A stretch of DNA of 64,000 nucleotides from an uncultured bacterium. Its GTDB lineage: Bacteria > CSSED10-310 > CAZUFC01. Under the pieces are notes generated by a model. The model was not told the origin of the DNA, did no database searches, and saw nothing but the letters and a program-made list of their open reading frames with translations. The stretch covers positions 14,350 through 78,349 of the forward strand of contig CAZUFC010000024.1 in assembly GCA_964619725.1 (NCBI GenBank). Direction: 5' to 3'. Each line of letters opens with the position of its first letter. The first letter of the stretch is position 1. Both the position numbers and the translations under genes were made by a program. Of this stretch, positions 53,430-63,907 are shown piece by piece.

Positions 53430-54452
53430 TCAGTAATGATCGCCTTTCCATGCAAACCTCAGAATCCCCCAAACGATCCCGAAGTCTACGCATACTATAT
53501 CAAGAAGCAAGAAAATACAAGATTTAAAGAAAAAAAGCGCCCCCCTGTTTTCCAGCAGAAAAAAAAGCCATTTGCGGTTAAAAAAATAAAATAAAAATAA
53601 AAAAGCCATAATCAGAAATATATAGGCAGGGTTGAAGCCTGAGAATAGGAACGCCGTAAACGCCGCCGCCGATAATACGGACAGAGGAACCCCCAACATG
53701 AATCCCAAAGGCACCGACGTCTGGCCCACCCTTTCGCTTCGCTTGCCGAACGGATGACGGAGTATGTGCTTCATCAGGGCCGCCGAACGATTGAAATCAG
53801 TTTTGATCACCGACCAGAAATCATAAGTCTTCAAATGCACTACTTTCAATTCCTTGTCGGATACTATCTTCAAACCCGCATCGCATATCTTGCGGCCGAA
53901 ATCAGTATCTTCCACGCTGGGTTTCCGGTATTTTTCATCGAAGCCGCCCGTTTGAATGAATTTCTTCCTTCGCATGGCCGCAATGCTGGTGTAAAACAGG
54001 TTGATGCAGGAAGGCAGAGTCAAATAAGTGAAGTGCATCCATAAATTCTTGTAATCACTGAAAAAATCAGAATAGGGAACTTCGTCCGACAGCAATCCTA
54101 CCACTCCGTCCGTTTCAGGGTCCTTGAAATCTTCTTCAAGCCGTTTCAATCCATTTTCCGGCAGTATAATATCGGAATCAATGAACAATATGATATCCCC
54201 TTTGGCTGTGTGAGCTCCGGTATTACGGGCTGCAGAAACACCCTGTCCGTTGTTGGGGGTTATACGAACGGGATATCGCTCTGCCGTTTTTCTGGTTTTT
54301 TCGTCCATGCCGTCGTCTACAACGATGACTTCCATCGACATTCCTTCTCCGGCAGAAAAAACGGCTGAAAGACATTTTTCCAGGGTCCCCCTGTCGGTTT
54401 TTTCCGGTATAATGATGCTGAATTCGGGTTTGCTGGTGTTGGAACCGTTCAT
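53430..54452 (-). CDS. GT2 glycosyltransferase with C-terminal TM helices
   Basis: SIIIP, VVDDG, G.SAARN.G, FIDSD, GGFDE, ED.DFG. Confidence 0.9.
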   Translation of the reverse strand: MNGSNTSKPEFSIIIPEKTDRGTLEKCLSAVFSAGEGMSMEVIVVDDGMDEKTRKTAERYPVRITPNNGQGVSAARNTGAHTAKGDIILFIDSDIILPENGLKRLEEDFKDPETDGVVGLLSDEVPYSDFFSDYKNLWMHFTYLTLPSCINLFYTSIAAMRRKKFIQTGGFDEKYRKPSVEDTDFGRKICDAGLKIVSDKELKVVHLKTYDFWSVIKTDFNRSAALMKHILRHPFGKRSERVGQTSVPLGFMLGVPLSVLSAAAFTAFLFSGFNPAYIFLIMAFLFLFYFFNRKWLFFLLENRGALFFFKSCIFLLLDIVCVDFGIVWGILRFAWKGDHY

Positions 54453-54456
54453 TCGT

Positions 54457-56301
54457 TCACCTGTTTTTTATGGATTCAAGACGTTCACGCGCAAAATGAT
54501 TGGCAGGATCGATGAACAGAGAATAACGAAATAGCTTTTCGGCCCTTTCCAAATTGCTGCTTGCATACCAGTTGGCCAGATTGTTCAATGAAACGTTGTA
54601 ATTGATCATCATCCTCCATTCTGCCGGACCCGCGCCGGGCGCGAACCTGGTGGGAGGCCGTCTGACGTACAAGCGCCATAAACGGTCCGACCGGCAAGGA
54701 TCATACCCGGAAGGCGGAGGTTTTTCCAGGTGATAAACGATGCCTTCCAGGTCAGGAAAAACGCCTTCGGGTAAAATAATGCGGCTGTAATGCGCCAGAT
54801 ATACCCTTTTGTTCCCCTTATCCAAAATGTTGTCAATCCCTTGTCTCACGCGTTTCTCATATCCTGTCATCTTGTCCGGCGTGTCGTAGCCGATCGGAAA
54901 ATAAAGAACATCCTCCGCATCGGACATTATCTTATACCAGTTTTCAGGATTCGCCGCTATGCCAATCAGGTGAACCGGATACCCCCTTTCATTATAACGC
55001 TCCACCTTCTGCAGATAAGCCAACGGAAAAAATTCATCCACAGCCGTCACGATATAAGGGTCTCCGAGGATTGAATTTAACACGTTACGGCTCCAGTCAT
55101 AAGCCGTAAACTCCTCATGCCTGTCCTGAGGATACCAGAAGCGAACCGCCTGAAATATTACGCACAAACAAAAGGCTGTCGTCAAAACGGCAGCCGGGAT
55201 GCTTCTTCGCCGCTCTAAAAATGTATGAAACCCGCGGCTGCGAAAAATTCCGTCCGCCCCCATCGCAGCCAAAATCGCGGTTATTATATGCGACGGCAGA
55301 TAAAACGGCTTGACCATGTACAGGAGACTCTCCCCGGAAGAATAAAACAGAAGGGATATGCCGGCGGTCTGAAAAAACCAGAGTAACAGCAATATCATCA
55401 ATTTTATGCCGTCCTGCCGTAACAGAATGACTGTTCCCGCTGCAGCTAATATAAAAATAATGATCGTGAATTGCTCGATCGTCGTTTTAAGGTAATCCAG
55501 AAACTGAACCGCGCTGTTGCGTACCACTTCCTTCTGTAAATTGGATACCTGCGTACCAGCCCGGACGAAAGAAAATTCCTTCATTTTTGCCCAGGTACAA
55601 GGCGAACCCCTGTTAAGCACGGGATTCTGCGACGCCCGCAAAGGCATGTAAATCACCGGGGATAGTCCAAGCAGAAAAAAAAGTCCGAAAAGCATCAGCT
55701 TTCGAAGATTTAAGCGTTTTCCGAAGGATAGAATGAAAGACAGAAGAAAAACCGGCAAAAGCAAAATAAGCATCTGATGAACCGCTATGCCGACTCCCGA
55801 TAAAAAGGAAACCGCCAAAGCATAATGAATGCGGCCGGAAAAGCGGGGATGAAACATCAGATACAAAAGAACGACAAAAACAAGCGAATAAAGTGCATAT
55901 ACCTCGGCAGTCGCCGACTGTTCCCACACCAGAGAACTGAAACCCGCAAGCAGAGCGACCGCCGTTCCTGAAAACTTCCTGATCCCCATTTCAATCAGAA
56001 GCAGAAAAAGAAAAATGCCGGTAAAAGAAGAAACCAGTCCGCAAAAAATGTTGATGCGAGAAGCGATATTGCCGAAAGGAATTATTTGGGCAGCCTTGAA
56101 CAAAACCATGTGTATGGGGTATCCCGGAGGATGAGGTATTCCCAGGAACCATCCTCCGACAGCATATTCCGCTCCGTCCATCAAAGTTATCGTCGGTGCA
56201 GAAGTCCGTACGTAAACGATGAAAAGAATCAGAAAAACAAGACTGGAATATAAAATCCTTGAGTCTTTCCAGGGCTTTTCTATGGAAGTTTTAACTTTCA
56301 C
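54457..56301 (-). CDS. DUF2723 / TMEM260-like GT-C membrane glycosyltransferase
   Basis: PT....D..EY......LGIPHPPGYP, W.Q...AEVY, Y.PLRA..P.LN, many TMs, C-terminal TPR. Confidence 0.88.
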   Translation of the reverse strand: MKVKTSIEKPWKDSRILYSSLVFLILFIVYVRTSAPTITLMDGAEYAVGGWFLGIPHPPGYPIHMVLFKAAQIIPFGNIASRINIFCGLVSSFTGIFLFLLLIEMGIRKFSGTAVALLAGFSSLVWEQSATAEVYALYSLVFVVLLYLMFHPRFSGRIHYALAVSFLSGVGIAVHQMLILLLPVFLLSFILSFGKRLNLRKLMLFGLFFLLGLSPVIYMPLRASQNPVLNRGSPCTWAKMKEFSFVRAGTQVSNLQKEVVRNSAVQFLDYLKTTIEQFTIIIFILAAAGTVILLRQDGIKLMILLLLWFFQTAGISLLFYSSGESLLYMVKPFYLPSHIITAILAAMGADGIFRSRGFHTFLERRRSIPAAVLTTAFCLCVIFQAVRFWYPQDRHEEFTAYDWSRNVLNSILGDPYIVTAVDEFFPLAYLQKVERYNERGYPVHLIGIAANPENWYKIMSDAEDVLYFPIGYDTPDKMTGYEKRVRQGIDNILDKGNKRVYLAHYSRIILPEGVFPDLEGIVYHLEKPPPSGYDPCRSDRLWRLYVRRPPTRFAPGAGPAEWRMMINYNVSLNNLANWYASSNLERAEKLFRYSLFIDPANHFARERLESIKNR

Positions 56302-56517
56302 CGTTTCTGCTCAAAGTAAAACGTTAATCCATCGAACCGTCAAAACAAACAGTTCGACTAACCGGAAATGATGATACTGAAAAAAAGCCCTTGAAGAAAA
56401 TGCTTTCTTGATCTTCCCGAACGAAAAAAAAAGAGTAAACCGCACACCGTGCTCTTGCAGTTGATTATGCAATGATCTGGGTCGAGGCGAAACGGAGTGG
56501 AAGACCCTTCCTGTTTT

Positions 56518-56907
56518 CTATATCATGAACCACGGAAAAGCTTTGATTTTTTTAGTCATTTGCAAGGGGCAGGAGCAACGGCAAACCAGAAATCCTTGTT
56601 CCGCCCTGGTCTGTTCCCGTATAAAATTCCGCAAATGTCTAATATGCTTCATTGACGGCGATTTCGTCCATTTTACTTCAACCGGAATCGTTCCACCGTC
56701 ATGTTCAATAATAAAATCCACCTCCGCACCTGCTTTGGTCCTGAAATAACTCAAACGCCCCTTACCGGAATAGGACATTCTTTTATACAGCTCCGCTCCA
56801 ACCCATTGTTCAAAAATATTGCCCGCATCCGCTGCGGCCGCTCCTCGACCAGGAGGAATGCCGGCGTGTTTTAAATACATAAAGTTTCTCACCCCGCCAT
56901 TCCTCAT
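56518..56907 (-). pseudogene. C-terminal remnant of an AAA_14/DUF4143 ATPase
   Basis: GVRN, GNIFEQWV..EL, YFRTKAGAEVDFII, PVEVK; no Walker A part upstream. Confidence 0.75.
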
Positions 56908-56948
56908 GAGTGTGAAGGGCTCTGAGCCCGTTACGGGCCCTTCTTTTC

Positions 56949-58179
56949 TTAAAACATGATGCCCATGCTTATATAAAAAGATCTTCCTGGTTCCTTGATT
57001 ATGGGGGGATTTGAACCCTCTCCGGCGACGACATCCCATTCATATGAGTTTGCGACGGCATATTCCTCATCAAATATGTTTTCGATTCCCAAATTGAATT
57101 CAAAGAAGTTGTATTGCAGTCCAAGCCTGATATTACCGGTATCCCACCCAGCAAGCTCTTTTTCACCCGCGTCTTCATCCACATCATTGGAATTTTCTGA
57201 ATGAATCCATTCGGGTAATGCTGTAACGGTAACTGCGGCGTTTAGAATTTCAAAATCCCTGGTAAAACGAAGAGCCAGTCTCGATTTTAAAGGCGCCATG
57301 TTTGCCAGGTCTTCATCCTGGTTAAACCGGTCCGGTTGGGTAGCCTTTTTCCCGCGATAATAGGCGATCCCTGTCTCTAAATCGAATGAATCAGACAGAG
57401 ACAATACTCCACTGACGTCACCGCCCCATATGTGCGCATCGATGTTTGTCCAGCTCTTGTGTGATTCTTCCGTCTGTATTATATGGTCTGTCCGTACCTT
57501 CGCGGAAAAAAAACAGCTTATTACCGCCGCCGTCTTCATACTGGTCGGATTCGGAATAATTGTAGCCCGCCATCACTCGCAGCCAGTCTGATCCCCCGTG
57601 CAGATTAATGCCCGCGCTGGGAAAACCAAAACTGCCGTATTTGCCGATAACTTCACCATGAAATCCAGGGGAAGGTTTTTTTGTCGTAAGCTTAACTGTA
57701 CCGCCTAAAGCGCCCGGGACTGTTACGTCGAAAGGTCCCTGTTGAATATCTATTCTGTCGATTGTAAGTAATCCCACCAGGGAAAGCGCCGGGTCTTTTC
57801 GACTTCCGCAGCCGCCTTCCAGGATGCCGCCGTTGATTGTCGTCCGAAGTTCTGCCTGTGCGAAACCACGCAGCGATACTTCATTGCCGCAACCGCCCTT
57901 ACGAATCATGCTTACTTCTATCAATTCCGATGACAACAAATCCGCAAAATCCGCTAATTCCTGTCTCCTGATTGATTTACCGAATGCCCGCGCTTCCCTT
58001 GATGCAGGCAATAACTGCCTGCCTATAATTTTACCCGTAACGGTAATGGGCTCCATTTCGAAACGGAGCCGGCCGGTTTCATCTTCATTATTTTTCTCCG
58101 CCTCTTTGGCCCAGGCAGATGTCGACTGAAATATCACCACACAAGTCAATACACCAATAAGTATCATGAAAGTTCTCAT
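56949..58179 (-). pseudogene. TonB-dependent receptor (OprC/NosA-like) with internal deletion and frameshift
   Basis: 5' ORF: signal peptide, TonB box EPITVTG, plug (IRKGG..N...RG, GGC..R.DP, GPFDV..GALGG). 3' ORF in another frame: GIENIFDE.Y and EPGRSFYISMGIMF with terminal Phe. Together only ~410 codons. Confidence 0.82.
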
Positions 58180-58201
58180 AATTTTCCCTCTAAATTAAAT
58201 A

Positions 58202-58401
58202 GTTTTTGTCCATAAACGGCGAATTTTCCCCAATACTGCGTCTGGCTGCGGATTTGCTCAGTCAACGTATATGCATTACCCCTGCCTCGCAAATCCTTGT
58301 CTTAATTGCTTTAAGATAAATTCGCCCGTTTATGGATCAAAAACCCAAGTGGCTGTCCAGCATTAAATTTTGAATCGGGCTTCGAGTTTATGGACAGGCA
58401 C
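58202..58401 (+). mobile_element. ~200-bp composite MITE (type A ~142 bp + type B 53 bp)
   Basis: A: TTTTTGTCCATAAACGGCGAATTT...AAATTCGCCCGTTTATGGATCAAAAA. B: GTGGCTGTCCA...TGGACAGGCAC. Flanked by TAAATA(G) direct repeats; near-identical copy at 63703. Confidence 0.85.
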
Positions 58402-58425
58402 TAAATAGCGGCTGACGCAGAGACG

Positions 58426-58818
58426 TTGACCGATTTTTTCACCGACGGCGCCGGCGTTATGCTCGATGAGACCTGCGGCGATTCCTGGTGGATTCAACAT
58501 TTGAAGCATAAAAAACCGGAAAGAACAAAAGTGAACAATCAAACTCTGGAGAACCTCGGATGGTCCGATAATATTTCAGAAACCTGGGATTTCCCGGATG
58601 AGGGTTGCAAGATGTCAGATGATCCGATGCGTTTTACCGGCTTAACGGTGAAATGTTTGAGAGCGAGGGGAGAAGTGACTATCGAAGAATGTCCTTCATT
58701 CAACAATCATTTTACAGCCGTAATCCTTGTCGACGACGGTCCGATACGCGGAAACGACCAGTACCAGATTGAAATAATGATGCAGGAGTTGTGCCGTATA
58801 GAAGAAAGTCCTGAATAA
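58426..58818 (+). CDS. Hypothetical protein, possibly a gene remnant cut by the adjacent MITE
   Basis: 130-codon ORF with protein-like composition and no clear RBS. Confidence 0.35.
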   Translation: MTDFFTDGAGVMLDETCGDSWWIQHLKHKKPERTKVNNQTLENLGWSDNISETWDFPDEGCKMSDDPMRFTGLTVKCLRARGEVTIEECPSFNNHFTAVILVDDGPIRGNDQYQIEIMMQELCRIEESPE

Positions 58819-59254
58819 ATAATGAAGAAATAGTCCTTCTGTGGATTCGCTGAGGACTATGAGCGCATTACCGGATAATTAACGACCCATTAATAAAATT
58901 AAACCGACAGCTAAAAAAAACGACCGCCGTGAGTTTTTCTGGAAGACGGTCGCTGTGATTTATTTTTTTCGGCTTAAGCTTTTTTATGTTCTGCAGAGCG
59001 GCTTAATCCGAATTTCATCAACGTCTGCTGTTGAGGTTTTAAGATTGTTCCACAGACGCAGGTTGCTTTTTATTTTTGGATTTTTTTCCGGCCGTTATCC
59101 CGATATTAACTTTCAGGACCGATCAAATGAGGATTATGATTTTTAGGAAACCCTTCTTCTCTTACCATGATGATCCATGATTACCGCAAGTTGTAAGGTC
59201 TTTAATCAAAACCAGAATATTTTGATCATCCCTGCTTTTCCATTATATTGGAAT

Positions 59255-59581
59255 TCAGACTTTCGTGTCAGGTCCGTCTCCGGGTTTGTCTTTGGGCGCT
59301 TTGGCTCCGGGGTCCTTATGATCCACTTTTTCCGTGAATTTTGCCTGATGCTGGAGATTATAAGGGATCGGCGGCAGTTCATCGCCTTTTTTTCCGGCCG
59401 TTTCCGTGGTTTTTTCAGGAGGATGCTTAATGTGATGAACCTTTTCGTCCATTTTTTTGGCTTCAGCCTTATTAAGCAACTGTGAAAATTCTGATTCTCC
59501 TGTTGCTTTCTTTTTCGTAGGGTCCGCTTTAACCTGTTCGGGAGGTATCTGCGGTTGTTTTCCTATTTTTCCGACATCCAT
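59255..59581 (-). CDS. Small Lys/Pro-rich hypothetical protein
   Basis: RBS AAGGAG 7 nt before MDVGKIG; preceded by a sigma28-like promoter. Confidence 0.65.
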   Translation of the reverse strand: MDVGKIGKQPQIPPEQVKADPTKKKATGESEFSQLLNKAEAKKMDEKVHHIKHPPEKTTETAGKKGDELPPIPYNLQHQAKFTEKVDHKDPGAKAPKDKPGDGPDTKV

Positions 59582-59643
59582 GAGGGCGCTCCTTTCTTTT
59601 AAAATATTCATCCCGCCGGCGGCGGGTCCCATTTCTAATTATA

Positions 59644-59670
59644 ATATCGGCAGAGGCGAAGAGAAAGTTG
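59644..59670 (-). promoter_or_regulatory. Sigma28 (FliA/WhiG)-like promoter
   Basis: Minus strand CAAC-N15-GCCGATAT versus consensus TAAA-N15-GCCGATAA. Confidence 0.55.
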
Positions 59671-59796
59671 CGTACAGAAAAAAATTAATTTTTTGAACCT
59701 GTGGAAGGAATGTGATATAATGAAGCGTCTTCAGTTCTTCTTGTACTGAGGGCTGAAAACAGAAATTATTAACGACGGGTTGGGAAATAGCGAGAT

Positions 59797-61518
59797 ATGC
59801 CGCGGTGGGAAACGGTTCGGATCGACAGAGACTCGATAGATATTTTATCATTTGAGCTTGATATATTGCCGACGACGGCCTCGATATTGATTTCGAGGGG
59901 ATTAGAGAGTATTCCGTCGGCATTCCGGTTTATGTATCCGTCGATTTCTGATTTTCATTCACCCTGTTTGATGCCCGATCTGGATCGTGGAGTCGGGAGG
60001 ATAATCAGTGCGAAGGAGCGAAACGAGCGAGTATTGATTTGCGGCGATTATGATACGGACGGAATAACGTCTACGGCCCTGATGAGGCAGACTCTTGAAG
60101 AAGCGGGGATTGAAGTATATACGTTTTTGCCCGATAGACGGAGCGACGGTTATGGGTTTCGTTCGACAGCTATCGAGGCTGCGAAGCGACATGACGCGTC
60201 GCTGATCATCACGGTCGATTCAGGGATCACGGCATTCGATACGGTTGAGGAAGCTCGACGGGAAGGAATCGACGTAATCGTTACGGATCATCATTTGCCT
60301 CGTGAAAGTTTGCCGGCTGCTGAAGCGGTGATCAATCCCCGGGTCCCGGGTTCCCGTTATCCCTGCAAGGACCTGGCGGGAGTGGGCGTTGCCTTGAAGC
60401 TGGCGCAGGAATTGATTTTCCGCGGGGTAACCAGGGTTGATGAGGATGATCTGCTGGATTTTGCTGCAGTGGGAACGGTAGCGGACGTCTGCCCGATAAG
60501 AGGAGAAAACAGAATAATCACTAAATTCGGTTTTCAGTCGCTCCGCAAAACGAATAATCTGGGATTCCAGGAATTGAAGAAGGTTTGCGGGGTAAAAACG
60601 GGCCAGGAAATAAACGTAGGGGTGATAGGTTTCCGGATGGCGCCCCGGATTAATGCAGTCGGTAGACTGGAGAGACCTGACAAGGCGCTGGACTTGCTCT
60701 GCACAAAAGACAGAACGCAAGCCAGGATGCTGTCGGAAGAATTGAACAGGCTTAATCTCAGTCGCCAGAAGCTGGAAGAGGAAATCCTGCATAAAGCGTT
60801 CAAGCAGGCTGAAAGTTACGTTAAAAACGGGGATTGTTTTCTCGTTCTTGAGGGCGAAGAATGGCATGAAGGGGTGATAGGCATAGTGGCATCCCGTATC
60901 GTCGAAAGGTATTATCGCCCCACGTTCATATTAAGTCGCCGGGACGGCAAGGCCAAAGGTTCAGGACGTTCCGTTAAAGGATTCAAGCTGCTTGATTCTC
61001 TGGATCATTGCCGGTCGCTTTTCATCGAATACGGAGGCCATGATGCCGCTGCCGGTCTGATGATCGCTCAGCAGAACGTTGTAGATTTCCGCAAAAAAAT
61101 GAATGAATACTGCTTTCGCAAAATGGACCGTAAATCGTTAGTCCCTTCGATTTATTATGATGAAGAGTTGTCCTTAAGCGACATAGACCACCATTTGATG
61201 TCTGAAATTGAAAGATTAGCGCCTTTCGGACTCGGAAATCCCACACCCGTATTCAGGCTGAATAATCTCAGGGTCAGCTCCGGCCCCTTCAGAGTCGGCC
61301 AGAAAAATGAGCACCTGAAATTCAGGGTGACCGACGGCAACCTGACTCAGGAAGCGATAGGGTTCGGCCTGGGGCATTTAACCGAAGCCATCAGGTTCGA
61401 CCGGCCCATTGACGTCGTCGGCGCTTTGGACATCAATACCTGGGGCGGCAGACCGACTATCCAGATATTATTGAAAGACGTGCATCCCGCCGGGGGAGAA
61501 GGCCCTCCTGTAATTTAA
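59797..61518 (+). CDS. recJ: Single-stranded-DNA exonuclease RecJ
   Basis: GDYDTDG, DGYG, ITVDSG, TDHH, LAGVGVA, GTVADV, APRINAVGRL, GSGRS, GGH..AAG, PFG.GNP.P. Confidence 0.98.
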   Translation: MPRWETVRIDRDSIDILSFELDILPTTASILISRGLESIPSAFRFMYPSISDFHSPCLMPDLDRGVGRIISAKERNERVLICGDYDTDGITSTALMRQTLEEAGIEVYTFLPDRRSDGYGFRSTAIEAAKRHDASLIITVDSGITAFDTVEEARREGIDVIVTDHHLPRESLPAAEAVINPRVPGSRYPCKDLAGVGVALKLAQELIFRGVTRVDEDDLLDFAAVGTVADVCPIRGENRIITKFGFQSLRKTNNLGFQELKKVCGVKTGQEINVGVIGFRMAPRINAVGRLERPDKALDLLCTKDRTQARMLSEELNRLNLSRQKLEEEILHKAFKQAESYVKNGDCFLVLEGEEWHEGVIGIVASRIVERYYRPTFILSRRDGKAKGSGRSVKGFKLLDSLDHCRSLFIEYGGHDAAAGLMIAQQNVVDFRKKMNEYCFRKMDRKSLVPSIYYDEELSLSDIDHHLMSEIERLAPFGLGNPTPVFRLNNLRVSSGPFRVGQKNEHLKFRVTDGNLTQEAIGFGLGHLTEAIRFDRPIDVVGALDINTWGGRPTIQILLKDVHPAGGEGPPVI

Positions 61519-61657
61519 AATGCCGGCTTCCGCCAAGATTTTTCTTTTCTATTTGAATCAAATGTGAAAAAATACAGCGAATATCCAGCGACTTATGGAT
61601 TCATTTTTATTAAAATTTCCGGCTGTCCTGCAAAAAAGTTTATGAGATGAGGCAAAA

Positions 61658-63589
61658 ATGCAACGCCTTCTTTTCTGTCTGACGATCATAATTATCACGA
61701 TAATCGTCTTCTTGAACAGTCTCCACAATGATTTTCAACTGGATGATTATTACAGGGTTGTGGATAATCCGGGCATCCAGAAGCTTATGCCGTTGCATCG
61801 CCACTTTTTCGACCCGCGAACAATGTCCACTTACAGGGGAATAGTGCAATTCCGCCCCATGCTTCCTCTGACTTTATCCGTCAATTATGCGATCAGCGGA
61901 GACAGCCTGGCGGGATACCATATCGGAAATATTTTATTTCAGGTCATTGCCGGGCTGCTTGTCTTTTTTGTAATACTGGAATTGCTGAATCAGGTAGAGG
62001 CGTTCAAAAAAAGAAAAGCTGATCGGCTCTCAGTCGCTTTCTTCACTTCCCTGATATTTTCCATTCATCCGGTATCAGGAATGCTGGTCAATTATATCAG
62101 CGGACGCGACCTCATTCTGATGCAACTTTTTTTATCAGCCTCATTCCTGGCTTACATGCTCATGCGCCGTAAAGGCGAGACTGCCCTGGGATGGAGCGCC
62201 GTCATTCTGCTCGGTATGCTTTCCATTCTGTCGAAAACGAATGCTTCTGCTTATCCGTTGCTGATTCTGGCCTATGAGCTGATCATCCGCCGGGAAAAAT
62301 GGTATGACAAAAAATTGTGGCTGCGGACCGTTCCGTTCGTTTTGATCGTAGTTTTTTTCTTTGTCTATACGAACTGGCTGCTGGATTTTTCAGACGTTTC
62401 TCAACTGAAATCCGAACATGGACAGGCAAGTCTTTACTCCTTGCCGACCCAGGCCAGAATACATTTTGAAGATTATCTGCCCAATTTTCTGTTTCCCTAT
62501 CTGATTCATATTCAGGCGCAGGCTCAATATGTGTCCTATTCCGATCCGCGGGCATTAGCAGCCCTGGTTATGCTGGCGGGAACAGTAATGCTGGCCTGGA
62601 TTCTGAGAAAAAGGCATCCCCTGATATCATTCAGTATTCTCGCATACTGGATCATGCTGGCGCCCACATCCTCCGTCATTCCTTTCCACACGATCAGGGC
62701 CGACTATCGGCCTTATCCCTCCAGCCCCTATTTTTATCTGACGATTATTTACCTGGTTCACAGATTCCTGAAATCGAATATGAAAATTATATTCTCTGGA
62801 GGGCTGGCGGTATATTTCGGAATATTTTCCATATTCATGAACCAAATCTGGGAAACCAAAGAATCCCTGTGGACGCATTCCGTAAAACTGGGCGGAACAG
62901 CGCTGGCTCATCACAACCTGGCCATGGGCACGCAGGACATGAACAAAAGAAAAAGGCTTCTGGAACAAGCTCTAAAAATAAGACCCGAACATATATTCAC
63001 TAATATCAACCTGGGTCTGACGAAAATCAGCCTGGGTGAAGAGGACGGACTGGAGGATGTAAAGAAGGGAGCGGCATACGGAGCGGAACTGGCTTTCGCT
63101 CAATACTGGTTAGCCGTTGCCTACTACAGACTGGGACATTACGAGGACGCTTTTGAAGTAATGAAAAAAACAGCGGAAATGGACCCTGAAAGCATAAAAT
63201 ACAACTACGAGGCGGTGATCTATGCCCAGAGAATCGACCGTCACGAGGAAGCCTTGAAGTTTGCGGAAAAAGTGATGAAACTGGACCCCAATTATGAAAA
63301 TACGGGCTTTCTCTATGCATTCAGCCTGCAGAAGCTGGGAAGAAAAGATGAAGCCGTTAGGGAATACAAGAAATACATCAGACGCAACTCTGACGATTCA
63401 AAAGCCTGGTTCAACCTGGGTTACGCCCTGATGAAGGAACAGAAATGGAAAGAAGCTATCGAAAGTTTCAACAGGGCTTTGCAGTATGAACCCGACGACA
63501 CAACGGTCCATTATCATCTTTACCAATGCTATAACGAGTTGGGACAAAAAGAAAAAGCCGAACATCATCTGGCTTTATATTATAAATAA
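61658..63589 (+). CDS. TMTC-like GT-C membrane protein with C-terminal TPRs (putative protein O-mannosyltransferase)
   Basis: NSL.N.F.LDD....N, FRP, YH..N, HPV...VNYISGR, many TMs, W.....LW, 6-7 TPRs. Confidence 0.85.
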   Translation: MQRLLFCLTIIIITIIVFLNSLHNDFQLDDYYRVVDNPGIQKLMPLHRHFFDPRTMSTYRGIVQFRPMLPLTLSVNYAISGDSLAGYHIGNILFQVIAGLLVFFVILELLNQVEAFKKRKADRLSVAFFTSLIFSIHPVSGMLVNYISGRDLILMQLFLSASFLAYMLMRRKGETALGWSAVILLGMLSILSKTNASAYPLLILAYELIIRREKWYDKKLWLRTVPFVLIVVFFFVYTNWLLDFSDVSQLKSEHGQASLYSLPTQARIHFEDYLPNFLFPYLIHIQAQAQYVSYSDPRALAALVMLAGTVMLAWILRKRHPLISFSILAYWIMLAPTSSVIPFHTIRADYRPYPSSPYFYLTIIYLVHRFLKSNMKIIFSGGLAVYFGIFSIFMNQIWETKESLWTHSVKLGGTALAHHNLAMGTQDMNKRKRLLEQALKIRPEHIFTNINLGLTKISLGEEDGLEDVKKGAAYGAELAFAQYWLAVAYYRLGHYEDAFEVMKKTAEMDPESIKYNYEAVIYAQRIDRHEEALKFAEKVMKLDPNYENTGFLYAFSLQKLGRKDEAVREYKKYIRRNSDDSKAWFNLGYALMKEQKWKEAIESFNRALQYEPDDTTVHYHLYQCYNELGQKEKAEHHLALYYK

Positions 63590-63702
63590 AGTCCGGTAAA
63601 ATGGAACATCTCCTTCGCAGGGATAATAAAGAGGGCTGGTTGGTCTGCAGGGAAGAAATCTGTCTGTTAAATCTCGCCGGCGACTGTTCATAAACTCGCT
63701 AT

Positions 63703-63901
63703 TTTTTGTCCATAAACGACGAATTTTCCCCAATACTGCGTCAGTCTTCGGATTTGCTCAGTCAAAGTATATGCATTACCCCTGCCTCGCAAATCCTTGT
63801 CTTAATTGCTTTAAGTTAAATTCGCCCGTTTATGGATCAAAAACCCAAGTGACTGTCCAGCATTAAATTTTGAATCGACAATCGAGTTTATGGACAGGCG
63901 C
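63703..63901 (+). mobile_element. Second copy of the composite MITE (A+B)
   Basis: Colinear with 58203-58401 apart from a few substitutions; flanked by CTCGCTA direct repeats (63695-63701, 63901-63907). Confidence 0.88.
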
Positions 63902-63907
63902 TCGCTA

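Noticed and set aside
57418-57539. Programmed frameshift joining the two TonB receptor ORFs
   Set aside because: The joined product would still lack roughly 250-300 aa of barrel, so deletion is the simpler explanation.
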